Below are positions 11,676 through 23,502 of a DNA stretch of 64,000 nt, piece by piece. Source of the DNA: Torpedo marmorata (taxonomy: Eukaryota); assembly GCA_977017645.1 (NCBI GenBank), contig OZ360223.1, forward strand, positions 118,544,001 to 118,608,000, in the 5' to 3' direction. The notes beneath the pieces were generated by a model. That model ran no database searches. It was not told where the DNA came from and saw only the letters and a program-made list of their open reading frames with translations. Made by a program: the position numbers and the translations under genes. Each line of letters opens with the position of its first letter. Position 1 is the first letter of the stretch.

Positions 11676-13759
11676 ATTGCTTCTCAGACTGGAGGCCTGT
11701 GACTAGTGGTGTGCGTCAGGGATTCATGCTGAGACCATTGTTGTTTGTTATCTGTATTAATGATCTGGATGATAATGTGATAAATTGGATCAGCAAGTTC
11801 GCAGATGACACAAAGATTGGAGGTGTTGTGTGACAGCGAGGAAGGTTTTCAAAGCTTGCAGAGAGATCTGGACCAGCTGGAAAAATGGGCTGAAAACTGA
11901 CAGATGGAATTTAATGCAGACAGGTGTGAGGTGTTGCATTTTGGAAGGACAAACCAAGGAAGGACATACACGTTAAATGGTAGGGCACTGAGGAATGTGG
12001 TAGAACAGTGGGATCTTGGAATACAGAAGCATAGTTCCCTGAAAGTGGTGTCACAGGTAGATAGGGTTGTAAAGAGAGCTTTTGGCATATTGGCCTTCAT
12101 AAATCAAAGCATTGAGTATAGGAGCTGGGATGTTATGGTAAAGTTGTATAAGGCATTGGTGAGGCCTAACTTGGAGTATTGTGTGAAGTTTTGGTCACCT
12201 AACTATAGGAAAGATATCAATAAGTTTGAAAGATTGCAGAGAAGATTTACTAGTATGTTGCCTGGACTTCAGGAACTGAGTTACAGGGAAAGGTTAAACA
12301 GGTTAGGACTTTTTTCCTTGAAGCGTAGAAGAATGAGGGGAGATTTGATAGACGTATTTAAAATTATGTATACACAGAGTATATGTAGGTAGGTTTTTCC
12401 ACAGGATAGGTGAGATACAAACCAGAGGACATGGGTTAAGGGTGAAAGGTGAAACGTTTAGGGGGAATATTAGGGGGAACTTCTTCATACAGATATTGGT
12501 GGGAGTGTGGTACGAGCTGTCAGCTGAAGTATGAGGGCTCAATTTTAACATTTAAGAATAATTTGGACAGCTACATGGACGGGAGGGCTATGAGTGCAGG
12601 TCACAGGCTAGATGGGATGAAGGGCCTATTTCTGTTCTGTAATGTTCTATGGTTCTATAGCTTTATCCCACAAAACTATTTGATATTCAATTGGAAATCG
12701 ACAAAAATTCATGGCCAGTTCCGACTCGCTCCCCCCAACCCCCAACCCATTCTATCTCCTTCACATTGGACATCGGCCATTTACCTGCAAGGTGTGGATG
12801 GCCATAGGTCACCTTATCTCCCCGACCAACACCTACACTAAACCAAGTGAAAGTAAGTGGATTAAGAGGCTCATAAACGTGTCTCAATGTTGTAATCCTC
12901 TCACCCTATGATTTTGGACGGTGAGTGCCCTTCACATCTGCCTTACCTTCCTGAAAACTACTTCATGCCAGAGTGAAGAAAAATTCTCAATTTAAAAAAA
13001 TATATATACTTATATTTGCTTATTCCATCCACTCACTTACCTGTATTTTGTGGTTTGTTTCACCATTTGGAAGGGAGCAGAGTACAAATTGTGACTTCAT
13101 CAGTAGCTGTGCCCTGTCTTTGTGGCAAGCAGAAGCAGTGAAATTTAAGGTGTGAGAATTCTCACTGACCCTGAGCTGTAGAACAAATATCAATTTTGCT
13201 GAGTTCACAGAAAATCTCAGCAATCTTTGGTAATGTTTACGCAGGGCTCTGAGACAATCAGCAGTTACTCTGTGTTCCCCTCACACAGACAAATGAAAAC
13301 AGGAAGAAGGAATTACATTCTTTATGTCACAATTAAAAAATAAAATCCCACAGCAATTCCTAAGCCCAGAACTTTCACATCCATTGATGTGTGCTCACAA
13401 CACGTCGTGCATTTTATATTGATATTCTCAGTTTGCTACCTGTGAATTAAAAACTATTTAACAAGTAATACATTTTTTTAAACCCTTTCCATTTTAGCTT
13501 AACTGTTCGTATAACCAAAGAGTTCTGAAAATTCAGAGAATGCACAATGTATTTGAGGTTGTGAATAGGAACACTACAGGTCTGGGTCACATGCTGGGTT
13601 ACTAAGGAGGTGAGGAGCAATGTCTAACTGCTTTTCAAATGAGTTGCTGATGGTATTATAGCCACAGGAACAAAACTACAGTCACAAGGCTATGGACATC
13701 CTTGGATTCCACTCTGCCTTCACATTTATACTCACTTAAAACCTTTAGATTCAGGGTTA

Positions 13760-16280
13760 TACAGCTAGTCCCATTTGCCTGCATTTGGCCCATCTCTCCC
13801 TCTTGATCTTTACTATCCAAGTACCAGTCTAAATGTTTTTTAAAAGTTCCTATGGCAGCTCATTCCACATACCCTCCACCCACCGAGTGAAAAAGCTTCC
13901 CCTCAGGTCCTCTTTAAATCTTTCCTCTCTCTAATTTTAGAATCTCTAACCCTTGGAAAAAGACTGTCCATTCACCTTTTCTATGCTCCCATGATTTTTA
14001 TACACCTTTGTAAGGTTATCTCCAGGCCTCCTCTGCTCCAGGGTGAAGAGCCTATCCAGCCTCTTCTTATAACTCAAGCCTTCCAGTCCCAGTAACATCC
14101 TCATGAATCTTCTCTGCACCCTTTCCATCTTAATGATATTATTCCAGTAGCTGGGCAATCAGAACTGCACACAATACATCTCACTGATTTCTTGTTCAGT
14201 TGCAGCATTTCATCCCAACCTCAGTATTTTATGCCCTGACTGATGAAGGCAAGTATGTCAAACGCCTTCCTTACCAACCTCATCCCACTTCCTCCAAATC
14301 AAAGGAGTAGCCATGGGTACCCGCATGGGTCCCAGCTACGCCTGCCTGTTTGTGGGCTTTGTGGAGCAATCCATGCTGCAAGCCTACACAGGCAAGACCC
14401 CTCATCTCTTCCTCCGTTATATCGACGACTATATCGGGGCTGCCTCATGCACCCGCGATGAGCTTGTCAACTTCAACCACTTCGCATCCAACTTCCACCA
14501 CAATCTCAAACTCACCTGGTCCATCTCCTATAACACTCTCCCCTTCCTGGATCTCTCTGTCTCCATCTCAGGAGACAAGCTTTCCACCGACATTTACTAC
14601 AAACCCTCCAACTCCCACAACCATCTGGATTACACTTCCTCACACCCTGTCCCCTGCTAGGATTCCATCCCCTTCTCTCAATTTCTCCGCCTCCGCTGCA
14701 TCTGTTCCCAAGATGAGGTGTTCCAGTCCAGATCTTCTGAAATGTCTGCCTTTTTCCACAAACGTGGCTTCCCCTCCACCACCATCAACTCAGCCCTCAC
14801 CCGCATCTCCTCCATTTCCCGCTCATCTGCCCTGGCCCCCTCTGCCCCCAGACGCAACAAACATAGAATCCCCCTCATCCTCACCTACCACCCCACCAGC
14901 CTCCGCATCCAACACATTATCCACCGGATTTTCCGCCACTTACTACAGGATCCCACCACCAGACACATTTTTCCTTCTCCTCCCCTCTCGGCCTTCCGTA
15001 GGGACCGCTCCCTCCGCGATTCACTCGTGCACTCATCCCTCCCCACCCATCGCACCCCCGGCACCTTTCCCTGTGCCCGCAGGAGGTGCAACACCTGCGC
15101 CCACACCTCCCCCCCCTCACCACGGTCCAGTGCCCCAAACAGGCCTTCCAAGTGAAACTAAACTTCACTTGTACATCCAGAGAACTTATTTACTGCATCC
15201 GGTGCTCCCTTTGTGGCTTTCTCTACATCGGAGAGACCGGTCGTAGATTGGGAGACCACTTTGCTGAGCACCTCCTCTCCGTCCGCAACAACAGCGACCT
15301 CCCAGTAGCCAACCATTTCAATTCTGGGTCACACTCCCACACTCACATATCTGTCCATGGCCTTATGTACTATCCCACCAGGACTACCTGCAAATTGGAG
15401 GAACAACATCTCATTTTCCGTCTCGGCACTCTCCAGCCAGATGGCATTAACATTGACGTTACTGCTTTCCACTAAACCTGCTTGTCGTTCCCTTCCCCTC
15501 CCCCTCACCTGTCCTTCCTGCTTTTCTCCACCTACCCAGCCATCCCTCCTCCCCCTCTTTGCTGCTGTCCCCTCCCTCCTTTCTCCACCTATCATCTCCT
15601 GCCTTTGCCACCCCCCTTCCCCCCTCACTCTTTTGTTCGGACGCCTGCCGGCATTTTATCATACTTTGATGAAGCCCGAAACGTCGGTTATGTATTTCTA
15701 CCTTTGCTACATAAAAGACACTGTTTGACCTGCTGAGTTTCTCCAGCATTTGTGTTTTTTACTTCAACCACGGTGTCTACAGATTTTCGTGTTTTACTAC
15801 TGTCCACCTTTGTTGCCACTTTCAGGGAACTATGTACTTGTACTGCTCAGTATCTCTGTTCTACAGCACTCTCCAATACCCTGCCATTTATTGTGTAAGT
15901 ATTGCCCAAGTTTAAGTTTCCAAAATGTAATACCATGCACCTCTAAGTTAAATTCCATCTTCCATTCCTTGGCCCACTTTCCCTGTTGATGTAGATCCTG
16001 TTGTAAACTTAAATAACCATCTTCATTTTCCACTACACCACTAATTTTGGTGCCATTCACAAACTTTCTAATTATGCCAACAACATTTTTATCCAAATCA
16101 TTAATATAGATAATGATAACAAGGGCCCAGCCCAGATCCCTGCTGTACACCGCTGGTTACAGGCTTCCTATCTTAAAAAAACAACCCTCCACTACGACCC
16201 TCTGACTCCTACCACCAAACTAATTTTGTATCCAATTGGCTAGTTCACTCTGCCTCTCCTCTGATCTCACCTTCCAGACC
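13760..16280 (-). mobile_element. Old CR1 3' fragment interrupted by a Penelope-like element
   Basis: MERVQRRFMRML.GLEGLSY and YINDLD..KMEFN pieces on either side of 14277-15799. Confidence 0.8.
14277..15799 (+). mobile_element. Penelope-like element (RT + GIY-YIG), 5'-truncated and frameshifted
   Basis: GVAMGTRMGPSYACLF, FLRYIDD, LPFLD and LIYCIRC..YIGETGRRL...F.EH. Same family as 26563-28568. Confidence 0.92.
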
Positions 16281-16556
16281 ACCCTCCCAGGCCTACTTTG
16301 TTTTCAGTCCTGATGAAAGATCACAAACTTGAATCATTAATTTGTTTTCTTTCACCTCAGTTGCTGTTAAAACATCCAGAAATGCAGAGTGCTTCCAGCA
16401 TTTTTGAATATATATGAACTTCTGATCAATGTTATGATCTACTTGATATTCCAGTTAGAAACCACCTCAACATATTAAACACAGCAGTTAGAAGTGATTA
16501 GCTTTGCGCTTGCATCATTTGGATGGGTTGGGAATAGTGGGACATGACTATTGTAC

Positions 16557-16770
16557 CGAGGGAGTGAAGCACTGTTGATGATGCTGTCCTTTGATTAGCA
16601 CTGAACCAAGAAGCTGCCTGCTCTTTCCGGTGGGCATAAACATGAGGTACACATCAGAAAAGGGCAGGTGAATTTATTTGACTAATATTTATCCCTTATT
16701 TGCATCATTTATCTGGTCATTATCCCAGATGTTTGTAGAGTCTCATTGAGCCCCAATTGTTTCCTGTATT
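16557..16770 (+). mobile_element. Ancient Deu-domain SINE remnant (SacSINE1/AmnSINE1-like)
   Basis: gagggagtg..gcactgt...aatatttatccct...ttatctggtcattatc..gtttgt matches my recollection of the Deu-domain core. Diverged. Confidence 0.6.
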
Positions 16771-17629
16771 GATAATTATTGACAATGAGTTTATTGTCAT
16801 ATACATTGTATAACGTATATATGCACTGAAATTCTTATTGCTGCAGCCGAACAGGTGCTTTTTAAAAAAAATACAAAAACCAGCTTAAAAAACAACTGCA
16901 ATAGTATACAATTGAATAAAAGGAGACAATAAATACAGAAAAATAGTTATCCTAGTGCAAGGAAAAGTGATTTTGCAATAGTGTAGATAGTGTCGGAACA
17001 GTCTCTGATATGTGTGACAAGGGGCGGCTACAACATTATCTATACCTCAGAACTATTTCACAGAGTATTGATTTTGTAGTGTTCTGTGATCATGAAAGGC
17101 ATGCTCCATGTCCAAGTCCTTTCTTTCTGAGGGTGAACTCCTGTGCATCACCTTCTGCAAAGCTCTATTGATTGCAGTTCCTGTCCAATGAATTGTAGAG
17201 GGATTATGGAAAATATCTGGGGTAAGAGCAGTCAATGAACTGCACAGCAATCACTCAAACAACGGTACAATTAAAGAACAAATAAATCAGAATATATAAA
17301 AGAATCTACAGCAACTTCTCCCAAGAAAAACAAAATAATTTCATCAAGAAAATTAACTGAGCTTCCATTGGACCCGTAACTTTGGTCTTCATATTTTGAG
17401 GTGTCTCTGCCACATTTCAATTTTAAACAATGGGGATGGTTTCATTTAAAATTATGTACTTCAATTTCAGTCGGTTGTAGGAGAAGGATGAGTTGGGTTA
17501 GAATGATCTGATCATTGCTTGGCAATGGAAAATGGAATCAAAGGGGAGCTGATGGACAAGTGAGAAGGAATAAATTGCAGTGTTACGGGAAATTAAGGAG
17601 AGGGGAAATGGGATCGATAAGATTGATAA

Positions 17630-17865
17630 CAGGCAGCATGGTTAGCCTAGTGGCAGCACATGCTATTACAGTGCCAGCAACTTGGGTTTGAATCCAGCAC
17701 TGTCTGCAAGGAGTTTGTACGTTCTGCCCATGACCTGTGTGGGTTTCCTCCAGGTGCTCTGGTTTCCTTCCTCCCTCCAAAATTGATGGGGTTGATAGGT
17801 TAATTGGGTGTAATTTGGTGGCACGGGTTTTATGGGCCGGAAGAGACTTCTCCCATGATGTATCA
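17630..17865 (+). mobile_element. tRNA-derived V-SINE (HE1-like)
   Basis: A/B-box-like head (tggttagc..., gggtttgaatcc) followed by the V-domain gtgtgggtttcctccaggtgctctggtttcct. Confidence 0.8.
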
Positions 17866-19625
17866 TTAAAATATTTTTAAAAATAGCTCTGTTGAGAACT
17901 GACAGGAATGAAATGAGCCAAATGGCCAACTCCATGTCATGGTACATAAGAGGTCCTACTATATTGTAACGCTCATTGTCAGTACTCGGATATTATGTAA
18001 GATTAATATTCACAGGACATATTGAAAAGTTACTAGGGGGCTATTACATATATCCATTCTTTTTCAAGTGGAGCACTTGGAGTGGAATGTGCTTAACAAT
18101 AAATTTCTGACCACAGATCTTCCACTGAAGTGGAATAGCGATAATCCCATCAAAAGCTATGCACAACACATGTTGTTTGCAATCTCAGGTAATCTATATC
18201 TCACAGTTTTACTGTGACTTCTGCATTATTTCTCATTTGTATTTTAAACCTACTTATTGTATTTTTAAATGTGCTAAAAATATAACAGGAATAGTGTTTG
18301 TCGATGCTATGCATTCCTCAGGAGTATGTGTCCAGAAAATATTTCTATCTTGGTAACAGCAATGCCTTGAGGGTCTCTATCACAGCTTGTTACCATTTTT
18401 ACCTTGCAACAAAACTATTTCTTGAAACATTTGTGAACTAGGGGAATCTAGCTCAGGCTCATTACTGTCAACCAGGCAATGAGAGAGAAGAGAGGATCAA
18501 AACAATTGCTGCTGGTTTCTGAGGAACTGAGCTAAAGTATAGGTTTTACTTCCTTTGAATCTTCCCTTGAGTGTAACAGAACAATGGCCTGATACGTGAC
18601 CTATTTAAGGCACGTTCAAAATAGTGAGCTTGACCTTTCTGTATACTTTGAATGGTCTTCATTCAACCCCAAGGAGCTCTTCATTTCTGGATAAGCAGAG
18701 GTCTCAGGTTTCTCTTAATCAACAAAAGACAGATCTAACAGAAGAGATTCGAGGAATCAAGAAATAATTCTACATTTTCTATCGTGGATGGAGGGGGAGC
18801 AATCCTGCTACCTTGGTGATCTTTTTTTTGTTTCTGAGAGACCAGTCAATAATAAGCAAACAACGTCAGGCATTAGAAGGTAGGCTTTACAAGCTTATAC
18901 ATGCAATTTCTGATTCAACAGCAAGAAATGGATAATATATCTTAATATAAGTAGACGCAGTTTTTGTATCAATTAAAGTCGCTTAAATTGGATTTTTAGA
19001 GGTAGTGATGAAAAATGTTTATTCTTTGTGATAAAGTTTTCATGGAACTCTATTAATCATTTTATCATCAAGTAATTTCAATGTTAAAACTTTTTAATTT
19101 TAAGTCATTTAAAAAACCAGATTGTAAAAATGCGATGTCAAAGCATAATTAATTGCTGATTAATGGTAAATTTTACATGTGGCAATGTGCAAACAGTTTG
19201 AGTCAGTGGGGGATGGGGTATTTTTTTCATTGTGGAAGCAATTTGCACAGGAGTCACTAGTTGAGGTCAAAGAGAAATCTTAATGTACGGATTTTTAATT
19301 TGGATATTTAAATGGCCGACCAGCCAAGGACTAGCAGAATGGGAGACCTGTGCATCTTGCCTGTGTTTGACGGGTGCATTAGCTACCATATATTTTGGCG
19401 TATAAGTTGACCGGCAGATAAGTCAGGTCCCCATTTTCAGCCTAATTTTAATGGTTTTATCATATATCGGGCGTATAAGTCGACCCCAAATTTTCGGGCT
19501 GTCCGGGCCTCCCAGCAACAACACAAAATTTGTTACAATACCCAAATCGCCAAGTAACAAAGCTGTAAATTATGCAAGCAAATACAAAAAACAGTAAAAA
19601 AAAAACTTTGCTTCTGGTCAGGAAG

Positions 19626-19775
19626 ATGCCAAATGGAGCTGGGTCCAAGTCTTCAGTATCGGCTGCAGCCGGAGACGGCGACTCCATTCTCAACATCAGG
19701 TGCGGTGCCGTCCCCATCGAAGAAGTCGCATCGCTCCCAAAGTGTGCTTGGTGCAGGAACCATGGCTATGTGTCG
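19626..19775 (+). pseudogene. dmrt1: dmrt1 5' coding fragment (N-terminus and start of the DM domain), truncated
   Basis: ATG-MPNGAGSKSS..., then (+1 frame) SGAVPSPSKKSHR, then (original frame) LPKCAWCRNHGYVS. Compare vertebrate DMRT1 MPN...SKKSPRLPKCARCRNHGY(A/V)SPLKGHK. RLPK and HGY are DMRT1-type; DMRT2/3/A have RTPK and HGV. Confidence 0.85.
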
Positions 19776-20040
19776 GCTCCCGGGCAGGAGCGGCAACCTC
19801 GGCCTACCGGGCAGGAGCGGCGACCTCGTTCTCCCGAGTAGGAGCGGTGACCTCGTTCTCCCGGCAGGAGCGGGAACCTCGGCCTACCGAGCAGGAGCAG
19901 CGATGGCCTACCGAGCAGGAGCGGCGATGGCCTACCGAGCAGGAGCGGCGACCTCGTTCTCCCTGCAGGAGCAGGAACCTCGGCCTACCGAGCAGGAGCA
20001 GCGACCTCAGGCTCCCGGGTAGGAGCAGCGACTTCGGGCT
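19776..20040. repeat. GC-rich minisatellite, ~10 units of 24-27 nt
   Basis: Core gcaggagcggcgacctc followed by either ggcctaccga or gttctccc. Confidence 0.9.
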
Positions 20041-20219
20041 CTACAATTGTAGAATGTCTGGGTGGGTTATGGTGGTGCCTGGTGGTGCGGAGCGGCAGCG
20101 CCGGCGGTGGGGAGGTGCTTCCAGGGTCGTCTTATACGCTGAATCTACGTCGAGCAGTTTTTTTGAGTTGAATTTAAGGTCTCCAAAGTATATCTGGCGT
20201 ATAAGTCGACCCCCCATTT

Positions 20220-21016
20220 AAAAAAAAAAAAATAATTATTTAAAAATTTAAATCACTCAATAATACATATTACAAAATGCAAAATTATCAAAATACATGT
20301 GATATATTTTCACCCCCCTCCCTCCCACCCTTACTATTCTAATAAGATAGAAAGAAAGAAAGAAAGAAAAGATAAAGGAGAATGTCAATCTAAAAAGAAC
20401 ACGTATAAGCTAATTTTATTGTGGAACACAGGTTCGCCAGTCAGATCTGATATCCAGAGATCTTCAAATCCTTAAACCCACAGTTTTTATATAAGGGCTC
20501 CATATTTTCAAAAAGAAATGATATTTGTTACGTAAATTATAAGTAATTTTTTAAAGTGGTATAGCTGAATGAAGTTCTGCATGCCATCTCTCTAACCCTA
20601 AGTCTACATCAGACTTCCATGTAATAGCAATGCATTTCTTTGAAACAGCTAAAGCAATTCGCAAAAATTCTATTTGATACATATTTAATCTCATTTTAGT
20701 ACAAATTATTTTAATATCTCCAAACAAAAATATCATAGGATCCATTGGGAGTGTAATTCTTAATACTTTGCCTAAAAACTTTTTAACTTTCAACCAGAAA
20801 TCATATATCTTTGGACAAAGCCATGTAGAATGTACAAAAGAACCTTCCTCTCTATTACATCTAAAACATAAACCTGATAATGTCGGATTAAATTTCTTTA
20901 ATTTCTTAGGTGTTAAATATAATTGATGCAAAATGTTATATTGCACCAACCCATATCTAACGTTAATAATCTTCGTCATACTTTGTTTACATATTTCTTT
21001 CCAATGTTCCTCATCT
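20220..21016 (-). mobile_element. L1/Tx1-like LINE 3' fragment inserted into the pogo element
   Basis: ORF2 C-terminal CFRC..EGSFVHSTWLC motif (20551-20979). Exact 12-bp TSD GACCCCCCATTT at 20208-20219 and 21017-21028. Confidence 0.88.
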
Positions 21017-21391
21017 GACCCCCCATTTTTGAGAGATTTTTGAGGGTTTCAAGACTCAATTTATACGCCGAAATATACGGTATTAGTAAAAATTGATCTT
21101 GATCATAATCTGAGTAATGCAGAACCACCACTAACATTAGGCTAGAGAATCCAAAGTCTGCTTGCATTACCAACTTATTGCTCTCCTGCTTCCACAGGGT
21201 TATTTAGTTTCTAACATCTGAAAGAATCGATGAAACTTGAATATTCAGTGGACATACAAATAATTCTACCAACTATCATTGTGATTGAAAGTGTTTTAAG
21301 GACTAAGTCCATAAGACCAGAATCCCCAGATTTTTGAGAATTGAACAATGACTTGTGTTTATATCAGGAAAAATAAATTACGCTCTAAGTT

Positions 21392-21930
21392 AGAACATAG
21401 AATATAGAGCGGTACAACATAGAAACAGGCTCTTCAGCCCAATGCTGCCAAATTAAACTAATCTCATCTGCCTGCTTTCAAATCCATTTCCCTCCATTCC
21501 TTGCCTGTTCATGTGCCTGTCTCTTGTCACTATCAAATCTGCTTCCACCATTCCCCAGAAGAACTTTCCAGGCATCTACCACTCTCTGAGCAAAAAACTT
21601 GCCTCACACATCTCCGTAAAACTTTCTCCCTCTCACCTGAAAACTATGCCCTCAAAAATGGTCATTTTCAGCCTTGGCAAAAAGACTTTGACTATCTACC
21701 CTATTTTTACCTCTCCTAAATTTATAGATTTCTATCAGGATACTACTCAGGCTCTGACACTCCAGGGAAAACAATCCAAGTTTGTCAAGTTTGTCCCACT
21801 TCTCATCATACCTCTCCAAATACTCTCTGAACGAGGCAACATCCTGGTGAACCTTTCCTGCACACTCTCCGAAGCCTCCACATCTTCCCTGTAATGTGAT
21901 GACCAGAACTGAACACAGTACTCCAAATGT
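21392..21930 (-). mobile_element. Old CR1 3' fragment
   Basis: agaacatagaatataga tail and the reverse complement of LEYCVQFWS.HYREDVEA.ERVQ.RFTRMLP. Confidence 0.8.
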
Positions 21931-22011
21931 TAAGTTGATAACTTTTGATTAGATGAAAGGTCATTGACCCGAAACATTGACTCCAGAAGCTGCTTGACCT
22001 CCTGACTATTT

Positions 22012-22470
22012 CCTTGACTGTCCATGGCCTCATGCACTGGCAAACTGAGACCACCTGCAAATTGGAGGAACAACACCTAATATTCCGTCTGGGCACTCTC
22101 CATCTGAATGGCATTAACATTGACTTCTTTGGATTCTGTTAGGCCCATCCCCAGTCTCTTTCTCTTCCTCATTCCTCCGTCAGCTTTTCTCCAACTCTCC
22201 ACCTCCTTCCCTCTCCATTCAGAGCTATCCCCTTCCCCCTATTCTCATCTTTTGTCTCTCTGTCATCCCACCCATATCCACCCATGACCTCTTGCCTTTG
22301 GGCCTGTGCTCCTCCCCCTGCCCCTCACCCCACAATTTTATTCAGGTTCTGTTTGATTTTTGGTCATACCTTGAAGGACTCTGGCTCAAAATATTGGTTA
22401 TGTATCTTTATCTTTGCTACACAAAGAACACTGCTTGACTTGCTGAGCTTCTCCAGAGTTTTAGTGTAAA
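22012..22470 (+). mobile_element. Old Penelope-like 3' fragment
   Basis: KLEEQHLIFRLGTL..NGINIDF, a pyrimidine-rich UTR and the ctgctgagcttctccag end motif. Confidence 0.8.
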
Positions 22471-23004
22471 CGACTCGTTCTTTGACCCTTGCCCTTGACC
22501 ATTTCCAACCTCTTTCACCTTTATTCCATATTTCAAACACCCGCGGCAGTTTGGTTTCGTATTTACAAAAATGATCTTTAATGTAGTTGAGCCTCAGTAA
22601 TAGAAAGCTAGTCCACTGGGTGGGTTGTCCAGATATTGGTAATTAGTAGTGTCAGTCTGCGATCCTGGCTAAACTCTCTCTTTGCACAAGAAACTCACTG
22701 GAATTGCTTTGATTTCACTTTTTTTTTCTGAACTCTTATTTTCAGCGACACTGTTCACAGCCTGAACAGACTAACTCAATAACCTAATCCCATCTTGACC
22801 CAATGTTTAGTTCATAGGTATACCCTTCTACATTTGCTGTGTTAAGGCCCAGTGAGGACATAGGTAACCTAAGTGGCTGATGGATAGCTACTTCTGAGAT
22901 TTTGCTATCTCTCTCACTGTACATTTTCTACAGTCTACAATGGCTAATTACCTGTGTTCGATTGAAAACATCCAACTTAATTTGAATTGGAAGTCCCCCA
23001 ACAT

Positions 23005-23245
23005 TTTTTTAGGCATACAGCACAGTAACAGTCCTTTCGGCCCACGAGCCTGTGCCGCTCAAATACACCCAATTAACCTACAACCCCCCACATGTTTTGA
23101 AGGGTGGGAGGAAACCGGAGCACCCAGAGGAAACCCACACAGACACGGGGAGAACGTACAAACTCCTTTCAGACAGCGCTGGATTTGAACCCGGGTCGCT
23201 GGCACTGTAATAGCATTGCGCGAACCGCTACGCTAACCGTGCCAC
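23005..23245 (-). mobile_element. tRNA-derived V-SINE
   Basis: Reverse complement of the same head and V-domain as 17630-17865 (gaggaaaccggagcacccagaggaaacccacac). Confidence 0.85.
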
Positions 23246-23502
23246 TTCTTATTGAACTATTCAGCATCACAAATGTATCAAAAGCTTTTCACCTGACTTC
23301 TGAGAATCAAATGCGTTGGGATCAAGCTTAACCTGCCTGCACCATGTATTTGATTTCTGTGCTGTTCCTGTGGTCAAGCTAATCTCTTGGTGGCCTTGCA
23401 GCAGTGATCACCTAATGTAGTGGAGCAACCTACGCGTGGCAGTTTAGCCACACCGTGCTGATTGCAAGACCCCACCCCATGGATAGCCCTCTGGAGACTC
23501 AT

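Larger units (their letters stand above)
4400..12659 (+). mobile_element. Near full-length decayed CR1 LINE (ORF1 Zn-finger + SGNH esterase; ORF2 APE endonuclease + RT) hosting several nested insertions
   Basis: ORF1 has CSSCRMW..CEKC near 4660 and VLGDSIVRG..HVGTNN (4781-5293). APE motifs ETWL, GDFNFP and SDHN. RT SQHGF..DISKAFDKVPH. Tail gttctatggttctat at ~12650. The 5' boundary is approximate. Confidence 0.88.
19386..21080 (+). mobile_element. Non-autonomous pogo-family DNA transposon carrying a captured dmrt1 fragment, a minisatellite and a later L1 insertion
   Basis: TA|ccatatattttggcgtataa ... ttatacgccgaaatatacgg|TA (20-bp TIR, TA TSD). About 105 bp of the left end and ~150 bp of the right end are colinear with the element at 49323-53944. 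Confidence 0.9.

Noticed and set aside
14350-15246. 298-aa Ser/Pro/Thr-rich ORF (and 27218-28021)
   Set aside because: An alternative frame of the C-rich Penelope coding strand, with no independent evidence of function.
19572-19841. The genuine dmrt1 locus or a functional DM-domain gene
   Set aside because: Homology stops mid-domain at HGYVS with no PLKGHKRFC. No further dmrt1 exons were seen, and the fragment sits between transposon TIRs.
19776-20040. CRISPR-like or coding repeat array (also 49411-49620)
   Set aside because: There are no unique spacers or cas genes and the context is eukaryotic. These are ordinary minisatellites within transposons.
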